Source: an uncultured bacterium (GTDB taxonomy: Bacteria > Edwardsbacteria > AC1 > EtOH8). Taken from it: DNA of 64,000 nt. The stretch is from assembly GCA_964588285.1 (NCBI GenBank), contig CAZPNX010000001.1, positions 143 through 64,142 on the forward strand, read 5' to 3'. Position 1 is the first letter of the stretch; every line of letters begins with the position of its first letter. Shown here piece by piece: positions 56,387 to 64,000 of the stretch. The translations under genes were made by a program, and so were the position numbers. The notes below the pieces were generated by a model that saw nothing but the letters and a program-made list of their open reading frames with translations, made no database searches and was not told where the DNA came from.

Positions 56387-57256
56387 ATGGAATACGGAAA
56401 GCTAATCAAGGATGCCCTGGGTTTGGCCTGGCGCAAAAGATACCTATGGGTGTTCGGCTTTTTCGCCGGGGCTGGTTCGCCCAATATCGACAACAAGATG
56501 GCGGCCGAGAAGCTTGGCGATGCCTGGGAATGGGCGGCCGCCAATCCGGGGCTGGTGGCTGTATTGCTCTTGGCGGCCTTGGCTTTGGGGCTGGTCTTCT
56601 GGGTTCTGCAGGTGGTCTCGCAGGGAAGCCTAGTGCGCGGGGCTTCCGACGCCGAACAGGGGATGGAGAGCGGTTTCGAAACGGCTCTGTCGCATGGCCT
56701 GAGATCTTTCTGGCCGGTGTTGGGCCTTCAATTGCTGCTGATCGCCGCCATCGTCGGAGCCGTGGCCCTGACGGCCGGCCCGCCTATTATGATGGTCATC
56801 TTCGGCGGCACCGGCGTCAAGGTGCTGGGCGTGGCTTGGCTGGTGGCCGCGGCCATACCCCTGCTGGCCGGTTTGGTAACCGCCGGGCTGATCTGGAACT
56901 ACTCGTTGCGCTTTTGCGTGCTGCACCGGCAACGGGTTTTCCAGTCGATCGGCTCCTCTTGGTCGCTTATTAAGTGCGATTTTTCGGAATCGGTCATCCT
57001 GTTCGCCATCGGCTTGGGCATCGGGCTGGCCCTGGGGCTGGCGGTGGTTCTGGCTTTAATTGTACTGGCCATTCCCTTTGTCATCCTGGGGATCATCAAT
57101 TTGGCGCTGGGTCTGGTGCCCGGACTTCTCATCGGCGTTCCGGCTTTCATTTTATCTATCTGCATTCTGGGCGTCTTCCAGTCGGCCTACTGGACTTTAG
57201 GGTTCATGCGCCTGCCTTCGATCAGGTGCCGGCCGCCGGAGCCGACTGAGCCGTGA
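56387..57256 (+). CDS. polytopic membrane protein, unknown function
   Basis: Six to seven predicted TM helices; no recognisable catalytic motif. Confidence 0.5.
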   Translation: MEYGKLIKDALGLAWRKRYLWVFGFFAGAGSPNIDNKMAAEKLGDAWEWAAANPGLVAVLLLAALALGLVFWVLQVVSQGSLVRGASDAEQGMESGFETALSHGLRSFWPVLGLQLLLIAAIVGAVALTAGPPIMMVIFGGTGVKVLGVAWLVAAAIPLLAGLVTAGLIWNYSLRFCVLHRQRVFQSIGSSWSLIKCDFSESVILFAIGLGIGLALGLAVVLALIVLAIPFVILGIINLALGLVPGLLIGVPAFILSICILGVFQSAYWTLGFMRLPSIRCRPPEPTEP

Positions 57257-58248
57257 AAAGAATCCTGCTTATCAGGCTGGGGGCCATCGGAGATATCGTC
57301 CTGGCCACCGCGGCGATCGAGGCTCTTAAAAAGGCTTTCTCCCAAGCCTCGGTCGAGTTTCTGGTTAAGGAGCGTTTCTCAGGCCTGCTGGAAGGAGATT
57401 CCCGGATCTCAAGACTCTGGTGTTTCGACGAACAGGGCAGACACCGGGGCACCAGGGGCCTGCTGTCCTTTATGCGACAGATCCAATTCCAGCACTTTGA
57501 CCTGGCGGTGGACCTGCAGGATAACCTACGAAGCCGGATGATCTGCCGTTGTCTTAGGGCGGCCCGGGTTTTGAGATGGGACAAGAGAGCCTGGCAAAGA
57601 AGGCTGATGCTTTTGGGCCGGAGCTCTGTCGAAGCCGGCGCTCCGGTATATGTACGCTATCTGGAAGCATTGCGACCGTTGGGGATCAACCTGGATGGTA
57701 TTCGCCCAAAATTAAAACCCCAAAAAGCCGGCACCGATACCGGAGCAAAAAAAGAATTCATGGCCATGGCTCCCGGAGCCCACTGGCCTTCCAAGAGGTG
57801 GCCGGCCGGCCACTATGCGGAGCTGGCCGCCCGCATCATTAAGGAGACATCCTTCGATCTGGTCCTGTTCGGCAGCGCCGAAGACCGGGAGGTTTGCGAA
57901 AAAATCCAAACAGCGAGTTCCGAAAGGATAGTCAACCTTTGTGGCCAGTTAGAATTGAAACAGCTGGTTTCAAACATTGCCGGAGCCAGAATACTGATAA
58001 CCAATGACACCGGCCCCATGCACATCGCCGAGGCGGCGGGGGTTCCGGTGCTGGCCTTCTTCGGCCCCACGGTCAGGGGCTTCGGTTTTGCGCCCTGGAT
58101 GAGTGAGAGCCGGGTGCTGGAGAGGGAGATGACATGCCGCCCCTGCAGTTTGCACGGACGCAAGCCATGTCGCCGAAAAAGCAGATGTCTGTCGGACATT
58201 TCACCGCAGGAGGCTTGGCGGGTGTTGAAGGGAATGCTGGATGGCTGA
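57253..58248 (+). CDS. ADP-heptose:LPS heptosyltransferase (GT9)
   Basis: 'ILLIRLGAIGDIVLATAAIEALKKAF' GT9 N-terminus and C-terminal 'ITNDTGPMHIAEAAGVPVLAFFGPT'. Confidence 0.85.
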   Translation: MKRILLIRLGAIGDIVLATAAIEALKKAFSQASVEFLVKERFSGLLEGDSRISRLWCFDEQGRHRGTRGLLSFMRQIQFQHFDLAVDLQDNLRSRMICRCLRAARVLRWDKRAWQRRLMLLGRSSVEAGAPVYVRYLEALRPLGINLDGIRPKLKPQKAGTDTGAKKEFMAMAPGAHWPSKRWPAGHYAELAARIIKETSFDLVLFGSAEDREVCEKIQTASSERIVNLCGQLELKQLVSNIAGARILITNDTGPMHIAEAAGVPVLAFFGPTVRGFGFAPWMSESRVLEREMTCRPCSLHGRKPCRRKSRCLSDISPQEAWRVLKGMLDG

Positions 58249-59236
58249 GCGGATTCTGGTTCGGGCGCCCAACTGGATCGGCGACGCGGTGATGTCGCTG
58301 GGCTTTCTGGCCGCACTGAGAAAAGCCTCTCCGGAGGCCGGGATCTCGGTGCTGGCCAACGAAGCCGTGACCGATATATTCCGATGGCATCCGGCGGTGG
58401 GCGGATTGATGGAGTTTCGTAGGGGCGAGTCGCTTTTTTCGATCGCTTTGAGATCGAAAAGCTATCGGTTCGACTCCTGCTATATTCTGCCTCTCTCTTT
58501 CTCCTCGGCCGCCATCGCCTTTCTGTCCGGGATCCCGGAGAAGATAGGATTTGATTCGGAATGTCGCGGCTGGCTGTTGACGAAAAGGTATCCGTACCGA
58601 AAGAATGATTTCCGCTCCCGCCATCTGTTGCTGGACTATTGCCGGCTTTTGGGAGGGGATTCGCCGCCGGAAGATCCGGTTGTCAAATTATTAGAGGAGG
58701 AGTTAGTTTCTGCCGACAAATGGCTTGCCAAAAAAGATATCCGTGTAATGCCGATCGGCCTTGGCCCCGGCGCCACCTATGGACCAGCCAAAAGATGGCC
58801 TGAGGATCGCTGGATAGAATTGGGACGGGCGCTGATAAAGAATGGCCGCCGCCTTATAATTTTCGGCTCGGCGGCCGAGGCGGATCTTTGCCGGCGGATT
58901 GCGGCCGCTATCGGTAGTGGTGCCTCATCCTGCGCCGGGGAGACGGACCTGCGGCAGAGCGCGGCCTTGCTCTCGAAATGCCGCCTGTTCGTCAGCAACG
59001 ACACCGGTGTCATGCACCTGGCGGCTGCCGCAGGGACTAAAGTGGTGGCCCTGTTCGGCTCCACCAACACGGGCTGGACCAGGCCCTGGGGAAGCGGTCA
59101 TTTGGTGATCTATGAGAAAGAACCGTGCAGCCCCTGCTATGGCCGCACCTGCCGCTACGGCCATTATCGCTGCTTGACGAAAATATCGGCAGCATCGGTG
59201 ATCGAGGCCATTGACAAAGAAGCCCAAATTCGATAA
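58241..59236 (+). CDS. ADP-heptose:LPS heptosyltransferase (GT9), second paralogue
   Basis: 'ILVRAPNWIGDAVMSLGFLAALRK' and 'VSNDTGVMHLAAAAGTKVVALFGST'. Confidence 0.85.
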   Translation: MAERILVRAPNWIGDAVMSLGFLAALRKASPEAGISVLANEAVTDIFRWHPAVGGLMEFRRGESLFSIALRSKSYRFDSCYILPLSFSSAAIAFLSGIPEKIGFDSECRGWLLTKRYPYRKNDFRSRHLLLDYCRLLGGDSPPEDPVVKLLEEELVSADKWLAKKDIRVMPIGLGPGATYGPAKRWPEDRWIELGRALIKNGRRLIIFGSAAEADLCRRIAAAIGSGASSCAGETDLRQSAALLSKCRLFVSNDTGVMHLAAAAGTKVVALFGSTNTGWTRPWGSGHLVIYEKEPCSPCYGRTCRYGHYRCLTKISAASVIEAIDKEAQIR

Positions 59237-59297
59237 AATTATATGAGATTTCGGAGGCAATTCGCCAGCGCCAGATTGAGGGCGCAGTTGTATATAA

Positions 59298-59372
59298 GCG
59301 GGTGTAGTTCAGTGGTAGAACGTCAGCTTCCCAAGCTGAATATTGTGGGTTCGATTCCCATCACCCGCTCCA
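59298..59372 (+). tRNA. tRNA-Gly (anticodon CCC), CCA encoded
   Basis: GCGGGTG acceptor stem pairs with CACCCGC; D-arm 'TAGTTCAGTGGTAGAAC'; anticodon loop 'TTCCCAA'; T-arm 'GGGTTCGATTCCC'; 3' 'TCCA'. Confidence 0.85.
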
Positions 59373-59425
59373 ATAAATAGATTATGGGAGATGGAGTTCT
59401 CCTTAGCGCCGAAAGGCTGATGACT

Positions 59426-59462
59426 CCTATCGGATACTTCAATCCGATAGGCTTTTTGTTTT
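59426..59462 (+). terminator. rho-independent terminator after tRNA-Gly
   Basis: CCTATCGGAT-acttca-ATCCGATAGG followed by CTTTTTGTTTT. Confidence 0.6.
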
Positions 59463-59483
59463 GCGATCGATGAGGAGACGAAC

Positions 59484-60686
59484 ATGGAGCATATCTTCAC
59501 CGTGGCCTTTGTTTGGCTTGGACTGGCGGTGCTCTCGGCCATCATCGCCTATCACCTTAAGATCTCCATCGCCCTGGTGGAGATCTGTGTCGGCATCTTG
59601 GCCGCCGCCGTAGCCGCCAGGATGGGGTTGATGGAGCTGCTGGGGCCGAATCAGGAATGGCTGCGCTTTTTGGCATCATCAGGAGCGGTTCTGCTCACCT
59701 TTCTGGCCGGGGCCGAACTGGACCCCGAGGTCATCAGGACCAAGTGGAAAGAGGTGTCCGTCATCGGTCTGGTCGGTTTCTTAGCGCCGTTTCTAGGATG
59801 CAGCGCCGTGGCTTTTTTTCTCCTTCACTGGAGCGTCAAGTCTAGCCTGCTTTGCGGGGTGGCCCTGTCCACCACCTCCATGGCTGTGGTCTACGCGGTG
59901 ATGCTGGAGACCGGACTCAATAAGACCGAATTCGGCAAGGGGATACTGGCAGCCTGCTTTGTAAACGATCTGGGAACGGTGATCGCCTTAGGCCTGTTGT
60001 TTGCCCCCTTCACTTACCGGACGCTGATCTTCGTGGCCGTCATGGCCGCCGCGCTCTGGGCCCTGCCCCATCTCACCCACTGGCTGACCAAGTTATACGC
60101 CTACCGGACCGCGGCCATCAGAACCAAATGGGTGATGCTCATCGTCTTTGGATTGGGAGCCTTAGCCCTGTGGTCGGGCAGCGAGGCGGTGTTGCCGGCC
60201 TATCTCATCGGCATGGTGCTGGCCGAGTTCTCCAGCGCCGACACCTTCTGGATCCGGCGCCTCCGCACCTTGACGGTGGGTCTTTTGACTCCGTTCTACT
60301 TCATCCGGGCCGGATCGCTGGTCTCATTGCCGGCCCTGGTTTCGGCGCCGCTGGTGTTTTTGGTATTGTTCTTATCCAAGGTGGCCTCTAAGATATTCGG
60401 ACTTTTTCCGATGGTCAGCCGTTTCCGACAGGAACATCATGAGCGCTGGTATTACACCTTGCTGATGTCCACCGGCCTCACCTTCGGGACCATTTCCGCC
60501 CTCTACGGATATTCGCACGGGATAATCGACGCCGGCCAGTACTCCTTCCTGGTGGCCGTGGTCATCGCCAGCGCCGTGATCCCGACCCTGATTGCGGGAT
60601 ACGCCTTCCTGCCCAAACACCTTCTGCCAAAGGTCAAACAGGAGATCGGGGTATTGCCCGAGGAGGACCTGGAGGAGGAGGGATGA
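59484..60686 (+). CDS. cation:proton antiporter (CPA family Na+/H+ or K+/H+ exchanger)
   Basis: ~12 TM helices; 'FLAGAELDPEVIRTKWKEV' and 'VNDLGTVIALGLLFAP' are typical Na_H_Exchanger family segments; acidic C-terminal tail. Confidence 0.8.
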   Translation: MEHIFTVAFVWLGLAVLSAIIAYHLKISIALVEICVGILAAAVAARMGLMELLGPNQEWLRFLASSGAVLLTFLAGAELDPEVIRTKWKEVSVIGLVGFLAPFLGCSAVAFFLLHWSVKSSLLCGVALSTTSMAVVYAVMLETGLNKTEFGKGILAACFVNDLGTVIALGLLFAPFTYRTLIFVAVMAAALWALPHLTHWLTKLYAYRTAAIRTKWVMLIVFGLGALALWSGSEAVLPAYLIGMVLAEFSSADTFWIRRLRTLTVGLLTPFYFIRAGSLVSLPALVSAPLVFLVLFLSKVASKIFGLFPMVSRFRQEHHERWYYTLLMSTGLTFGTISALYGYSHGIIDAGQYSFLVAVVIASAVIPTLIAGYAFLPKHLLPKVKQEIGVLPEEDLEEEG

Positions 60687-60766
60687 GCTTGGATGATTTT
60701 CGGATTGATAGTCAAGAGGGTGGGGCCGCGGTCCCACCCTCTTGACTATGGGATGCCTAAAGAAGG

Positions 60767-61081
60767 CTATTTCTTGTTCGGGGGCTGGCCGTCGAACTTG
60801 AATCCCATGGCCTTCTCCTCCGGCCCGGGCACCTTGATGGTCCCGAACTGGGCCTCGAACTTCTTGATGTTTTCCTCCAAGGCCATTAAAAACATCTTGG
60901 CGTGCTGTGGGGTGGTGACTATCCGGGCATGAACCTTGGCCTTGGGGACTCCAGGCAGCACCCGGGCAAAGTCGATGATGAACTCTGATGGGGAGTGGGT
61001 GATGAAGGCCAGGTTGGAGTAAACTCCCTCGGCCTCCTTCTCGCCGATCTCGATGTTCAGCTGCGGGGGCATGTTTTCCAT
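60767..61081 (-). CDS. DUF3467 family protein
   Basis: 'LNIEIGEKEAEGVYSNLAFITHSPSEFIIDFARVLPG...AKVHARIVTTPQHAKMFLMALEENIKKFEAQFG' is the conserved DUF3467 sequence. The only minus-strand gene in the 3' half. Confidence 0.75.
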   Translation of the reverse strand: MENMPPQLNIEIGEKEAEGVYSNLAFITHSPSEFIIDFARVLPGVPKAKVHARIVTTPQHAKMFLMALEENIKKFEAQFGTIKVPGPEEKAMGFKFDGQPPNKK

Positions 61082-61273
61082 TTAAGCTTCCTCTCGTAAA
61101 GCAGATTTCCCTTTGGCCATTATTATAGGCCAGTCGGAGCCATATGTCAAGCGATGTAAAATGATTACCGTTTGCGCCTTCCTCTCTTTATCCTTGAAAT
61201 AATGTCCAACTCGTGTTATACTAAATCTGAATTTTAAGGAAAGAACCGTAGAATCATATAAGAAAGCATAGCC

Positions 61274-61909
61274 ATGGCTGGACAGGAATTCGAAAAAACA
61301 CTAAAGCCCGGCGAGGTACTCTTTAAGCAGGGCGATCCCGGCAACGAGATGTTCCTTATCCGCTCCGGCAAGATCAAGATAACCCGAAGCGCCGGCGGAC
61401 AGGAGAAGACCTTGGCGGTGCTCAAGGAGGGGGACTTTTTCGGGGAGATGGCGGTCATCGACGGCAGCCCCCGGTCGGCCACGGCTTCGGCCGCCGAGGA
61501 AGTCAAACTGCTGATCATTGACCGGGAGGCCTTCAAGGCCCACCTCAAGAGCAATCCCATGATCGAATACGTACTGGAAACCATGGCCCGCCGTCTGAGG
61601 GATACCAACAAGATGGTGGAGTTCCTGATGATCCGCGACGAGCTGCGGCGGGTGGTCTCGCTGCTGGTGAACATGGCCAACGAACGCGGCGCCCAGACTC
61701 CGGAAGGCATCATCGTCGATTTCCCTTACGACTACAACGCTCTAGGTGACATGGTTGGCATCGAGGGCGCCAAGGTGGAGGAGATCGTCAAAAAGCTGGT
61801 AGATCTGAAGCTGGTGAGGATTTCGGACCGGAAACTGGTCATTCCCAGTCTGGCCAACATCGACGAGTACCTGCGGTTCATAACCCTCAAGGAGAAGTTC
61901 GGGGCCTAA
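61274..61909 (+). CDS. Crp/Fnr-family transcriptional regulator (cNMP-binding + HTH)
   Basis: 'LKPGEVLFKQGDPGNEMFLIRSGKIKITR...GDFFGEMAVIDGSPRSATASA' cNMP-binding fold; C-terminal HTH 'YNALGDMVGIEGAKVEEIVKKLVDLKLV'. Confidence 0.85.
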   Translation: MAGQEFEKTLKPGEVLFKQGDPGNEMFLIRSGKIKITRSAGGQEKTLAVLKEGDFFGEMAVIDGSPRSATASAAEEVKLLIIDREAFKAHLKSNPMIEYVLETMARRLRDTNKMVEFLMIRDELRRVVSLLVNMANERGAQTPEGIIVDFPYDYNALGDMVGIEGAKVEEIVKKLVDLKLVRISDRKLVIPSLANIDEYLRFITLKEKFGA

Positions 61910-62044
61910 GGCCCATCACCCGTCATCCTGGGGTCTCTTCTCGCCTTGCAAGCTGAAGGATGACGTGAACGCGTTAGAGTCACCCTTCAGCCCGTAGGGC
62001 AGGAGCACCAACATCAAGGCGACAATTGTAGATAGTATGAATCG

Positions 62045-63337
62045 ATGATCGAACGCTACACCCGGCCCCGGATGGGGGCCATCTGGTCGGAACAGCACAA
62101 GTTTGACACTTGGCTGCGTATCGAGCTTTTAGCCTGCCAGGCCCAGCACCGGCTGGGTCGAATCCCGGACGGAGACCTCAAGGCCATCGAGGAGAAGGCC
62201 GGGTTCGACATCGAACGCATAAGCGAAATTGAAAACGAAGTCCAGCACGACGTCATTGCCTTCCTGACGGCAGTGGGGGAGAGAGTAGGGCCTTCATCTC
62301 GATACATCCACCTGGGCATGACATCGTCCGACGTCTTGGACACGGCCTGGGGGGTGCTGATGAAAGAGGCCGGTGAAGAGCTTCTTTCCGGACTGGACAG
62401 GCTGGCCCAGGCTTTAAGGGAGCGGGCCGTCGAGCACAAATACACCGCCATGATGGGCCGAAGCCACGGGGTGCACGCCGAGCCCACCACCTTCGGATTG
62501 AAGCTGGCCCTGTGGTGGCAGGAATGCCTCCGCCAACGGGAACGTCTGAAAAGGTCGGTGGAATCGGTTTCCTGCGGCAAAATATCAGGGGCGGTGGGGA
62601 CTTTCGCCCATATCGATCCCTCGGTGGAGGAATACGTCTGCCGGGAGCTGGGGCTGACCCCGGAGCCGGTATCCACCCAGGTGGTGCAGCGGGACCGTCA
62701 CGCCGAATTCCTCTGCTCTTTGGCCCTTTGCGCCGCCTCCCTCGAGAAGATGGCCTTGGAGATCCGCCACCTGCAGCGCACCGAGGTGCGCGAGGCCGAG
62801 GAGCCTTTCTCCGCCGGGCAGAAGGGTTCATCGGCCATGCCCCACAAACGCAATCCCATCGTCTGCGAGCGGCTGTGCGGCCTGGCCAGGCTGGTGAGGG
62901 CCAACGCTGTGGCCGGCCTGGAGAACGTGGCTCTGTGGCACGAACGCGACATTTCCCACTCCTCGGCCGAGCGAGTGATAATACCCGACAGCACCATCAT
63001 CCTGGACTACATGCTGAACAAGGCTGTCTGGCTGGTGCAGGGGCTGCGGGTCTATCCGGAGCGGATGAAAGCCAACCTCGAGTCCTCAGGGGGACTTTTC
63101 CACTCCCAAGCCCTATTGCTGGCTTTGGTGGGTTCCGGGCTTTCCCGCGAGGAGGCCTATGCCGTTGTCCAGAAAAACTCAATGGAGGTCTGGGAAAAGG
63201 GCGGCTCGCTCCGCCAATTGGCCGGCAGCGATCCTTTGATCTCCCAGAGGCTTTCTTCCCAGCAACTTGACGTCGTTTTCGACCTGGGACGTTACCTCGA
63301 CAAGGTGGACTACATTTTCCAGCGGATCGGATTGTAA
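62045..63337 (+). CDS. purB: adenylosuccinate lyase
   Basis: 'MIERYTRPRMGAIWSEQHKFDTWLRIELLA', 'GSSAMPHKRNPIVCERLCG' (fumarate-lyase signature S-S-x-M-P-x-K-x-N). Confidence 0.95.
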   Translation: MIERYTRPRMGAIWSEQHKFDTWLRIELLACQAQHRLGRIPDGDLKAIEEKAGFDIERISEIENEVQHDVIAFLTAVGERVGPSSRYIHLGMTSSDVLDTAWGVLMKEAGEELLSGLDRLAQALRERAVEHKYTAMMGRSHGVHAEPTTFGLKLALWWQECLRQRERLKRSVESVSCGKISGAVGTFAHIDPSVEEYVCRELGLTPEPVSTQVVQRDRHAEFLCSLALCAASLEKMALEIRHLQRTEVREAEEPFSAGQKGSSAMPHKRNPIVCERLCGLARLVRANAVAGLENVALWHERDISHSSAERVIIPDSTIILDYMLNKAVWLVQGLRVYPERMKANLESSGGLFHSQALLLALVGSGLSREEAYAVVQKNSMEVWEKGGSLRQLAGSDPLISQRLSSQQLDVVFDLGRYLDKVDYIFQRIGL

Positions 63338-63355
63338 ATAAAGGGAGGATCCGGC

Positions 63356-64000
63356 ATGACCATGCTTTTCATTGTGGCCGCCGCGGCCGCGGTGATATTC
63401 TTTATCTCCTTTTTGGTGACCAGTAGCAAGGCGGCCAAACTGGCCCTCGAGAACAAGGCCAGGGAGGAGGAGGCGGCCCGCTTCCGTCTGGAGGAGCGGC
63501 GGCTAAAGGAGATGGCCACCAACCTCAAGTGTAGCTTGAGCAATCTGGAGAAGGAAAGCCACGAGCGTTCCCATGCCTTCATGGTGCTGCTGGAACTGGC
63601 CCGAACCCTGGGCGGCAAGGTTGAGCAGGAAAAACTTCCCCAATTGCTCATCCGCATCGCCCAACAGCTGTTCGATGCCGAGGAGTTGGCTTTCTTCCGC
63701 TATAACGAGGGGCGTCAGGATCTGGTGGTCTTCACCTCCATCGGCATTGCCCCCGAGACGGCCAACAACCTTATCGTCAAGGTGGGTGACGGCTACGTGG
63801 GGCACACCGCCGCCAAGCGGGTGACCATGACCAAGGAGGATTTCCAGCTGGAAAGCAACTTGATCAAGCAGCGTCTGGAGCAGACCAAGGAGAAGGGCAT
63901 CAATCCGGTATTCTGCATTCCGTTCATCCAGCATGATATCCTGCTGGGGGTGGTGGAGGTGGGCAAGATCCAGAGGCGCTCCAAGGAGGAACGCGACCTG
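63356..64000 (+). CDS. membrane-anchored GAF-domain protein (3'-partial; runs off window)
   Basis: ATG at 63356 preceded by SD 'AAGGGAGGA'. N-terminal TM 'LFIVAAAAAVIFFISFLV', coiled-coil, then GAF-like 'LLELARTLGG...VVFTSIGI...GYVGHTAAK...FCIPFI..LLGVVEVG'. Absent from the ORF track because no stop occurs within the window. Confidence 0.55.
   Translation, partial: MTMLFIVAAAAAVIFFISFLVTSSKAAKLALENKAREEEAARFRLEERRLKEMATNLKCSLSNLEKESHERSHAFMVLLELARTLGGKVEQEKLPQLLIRIAQQLFDAEELAFFRYNEGRQDLVVFTSIGIAPETANNLIVKVGDGYVGHTAAKRVTMTKEDFQLESNLIKQRLEQTKEKGINPVFCIPFIQHDILLGVVEVGKIQRRSKEERDL

Noticed and set aside
59298-59372. tRNA-Gly as an integration site for a genomic island
   Set aside because: Genes on both sides (LPS heptosyltransferases, antiporter, purB) look like core housekeeping functions. 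No integrase, direct repeat of the tRNA 3' end or compositional shift is seen downstream.

Overview
This is a high-GC (~60%) window from a Gram-negative bacterium. Evidence for the cell envelope type comes from LptF/LptG-family permeases, two GT9 heptosyltransferases and type IV pilins. I cannot assign the lineage from sequence alone. Almost all genes are on the + strand. The window divides into three parts.

(1) 1-26.4 kb: one co-directional polysaccharide (O-antigen/EPS-type) biosynthesis cluster, with these components:
- a B12-binding radical SAM protein;
- one GT2 and five or six GT4 glycosyltransferases, one of them fused to a SAM-methyltransferase domain;
- two initiating phosphoglycosyl transferases, one WbaP-type and one PglC-type;
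- a Wzz-like protein, a Wzx flippase, and two Wzy/O-antigen-ligase-like membrane proteins;
- an AsnB-type amidotransferase and a stand-alone methyltransferase;
- a PglF/PglE/PglD-like module for 2,4-diacetamido-trideoxyhexose (bacillosamine type);
- PMI/PGI and a sugar-1-phosphate nucleotidyltransferase;
- metK-ahcY (the SAM cycle) at the end. The metK-ahcY spacer carries a pseudoknot-like structured leader that overlaps the ahcY Shine-Dalgarno sequence.

(2) 26.6-29 kb: LptF/LptG-family permeases on the minus strand.

(3) 29-48.4 kb: the locus I find most interesting. It contains:
- a 1873-aa signal-peptide-bearing protein with a C-terminal outer-membrane beta-signal, a giant predicted beta-barrel;
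- ComEA;
- three tandem PilB/GspE-type ATPases whose N-terminal domains carry MshEN-type motifs, then PilT and PilC;
- a sigma-54 enhancer-binding protein that is membrane-embedded, carries a PAS domain and has no receiver domain;
- a major pilin preceded by a perfect -24/-12 promoter and an upstream palindrome;
- a second pilin fused in frame to a 2TM-HAMP module.

Downstream genes are:
- an ABC-2 exporter split by a DUF559 (Vsr-like) mini-element flanked by GGGAGAGGG-type hairpins;
- topA;
- DTW-domain TapT and trmFO;
- a membrane protein, two heptosyltransferases and tRNA-Gly(CCC);
- a cation/H+ antiporter, a DUF3467 protein (minus strand) and a Crp/Fnr regulator;
- purB and a 3'-partial GAF-domain protein.

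A family of ~40-nt imperfect dispersed repeats occupies several intergenic regions. I found no CRISPR array, rRNA gene or transposase.
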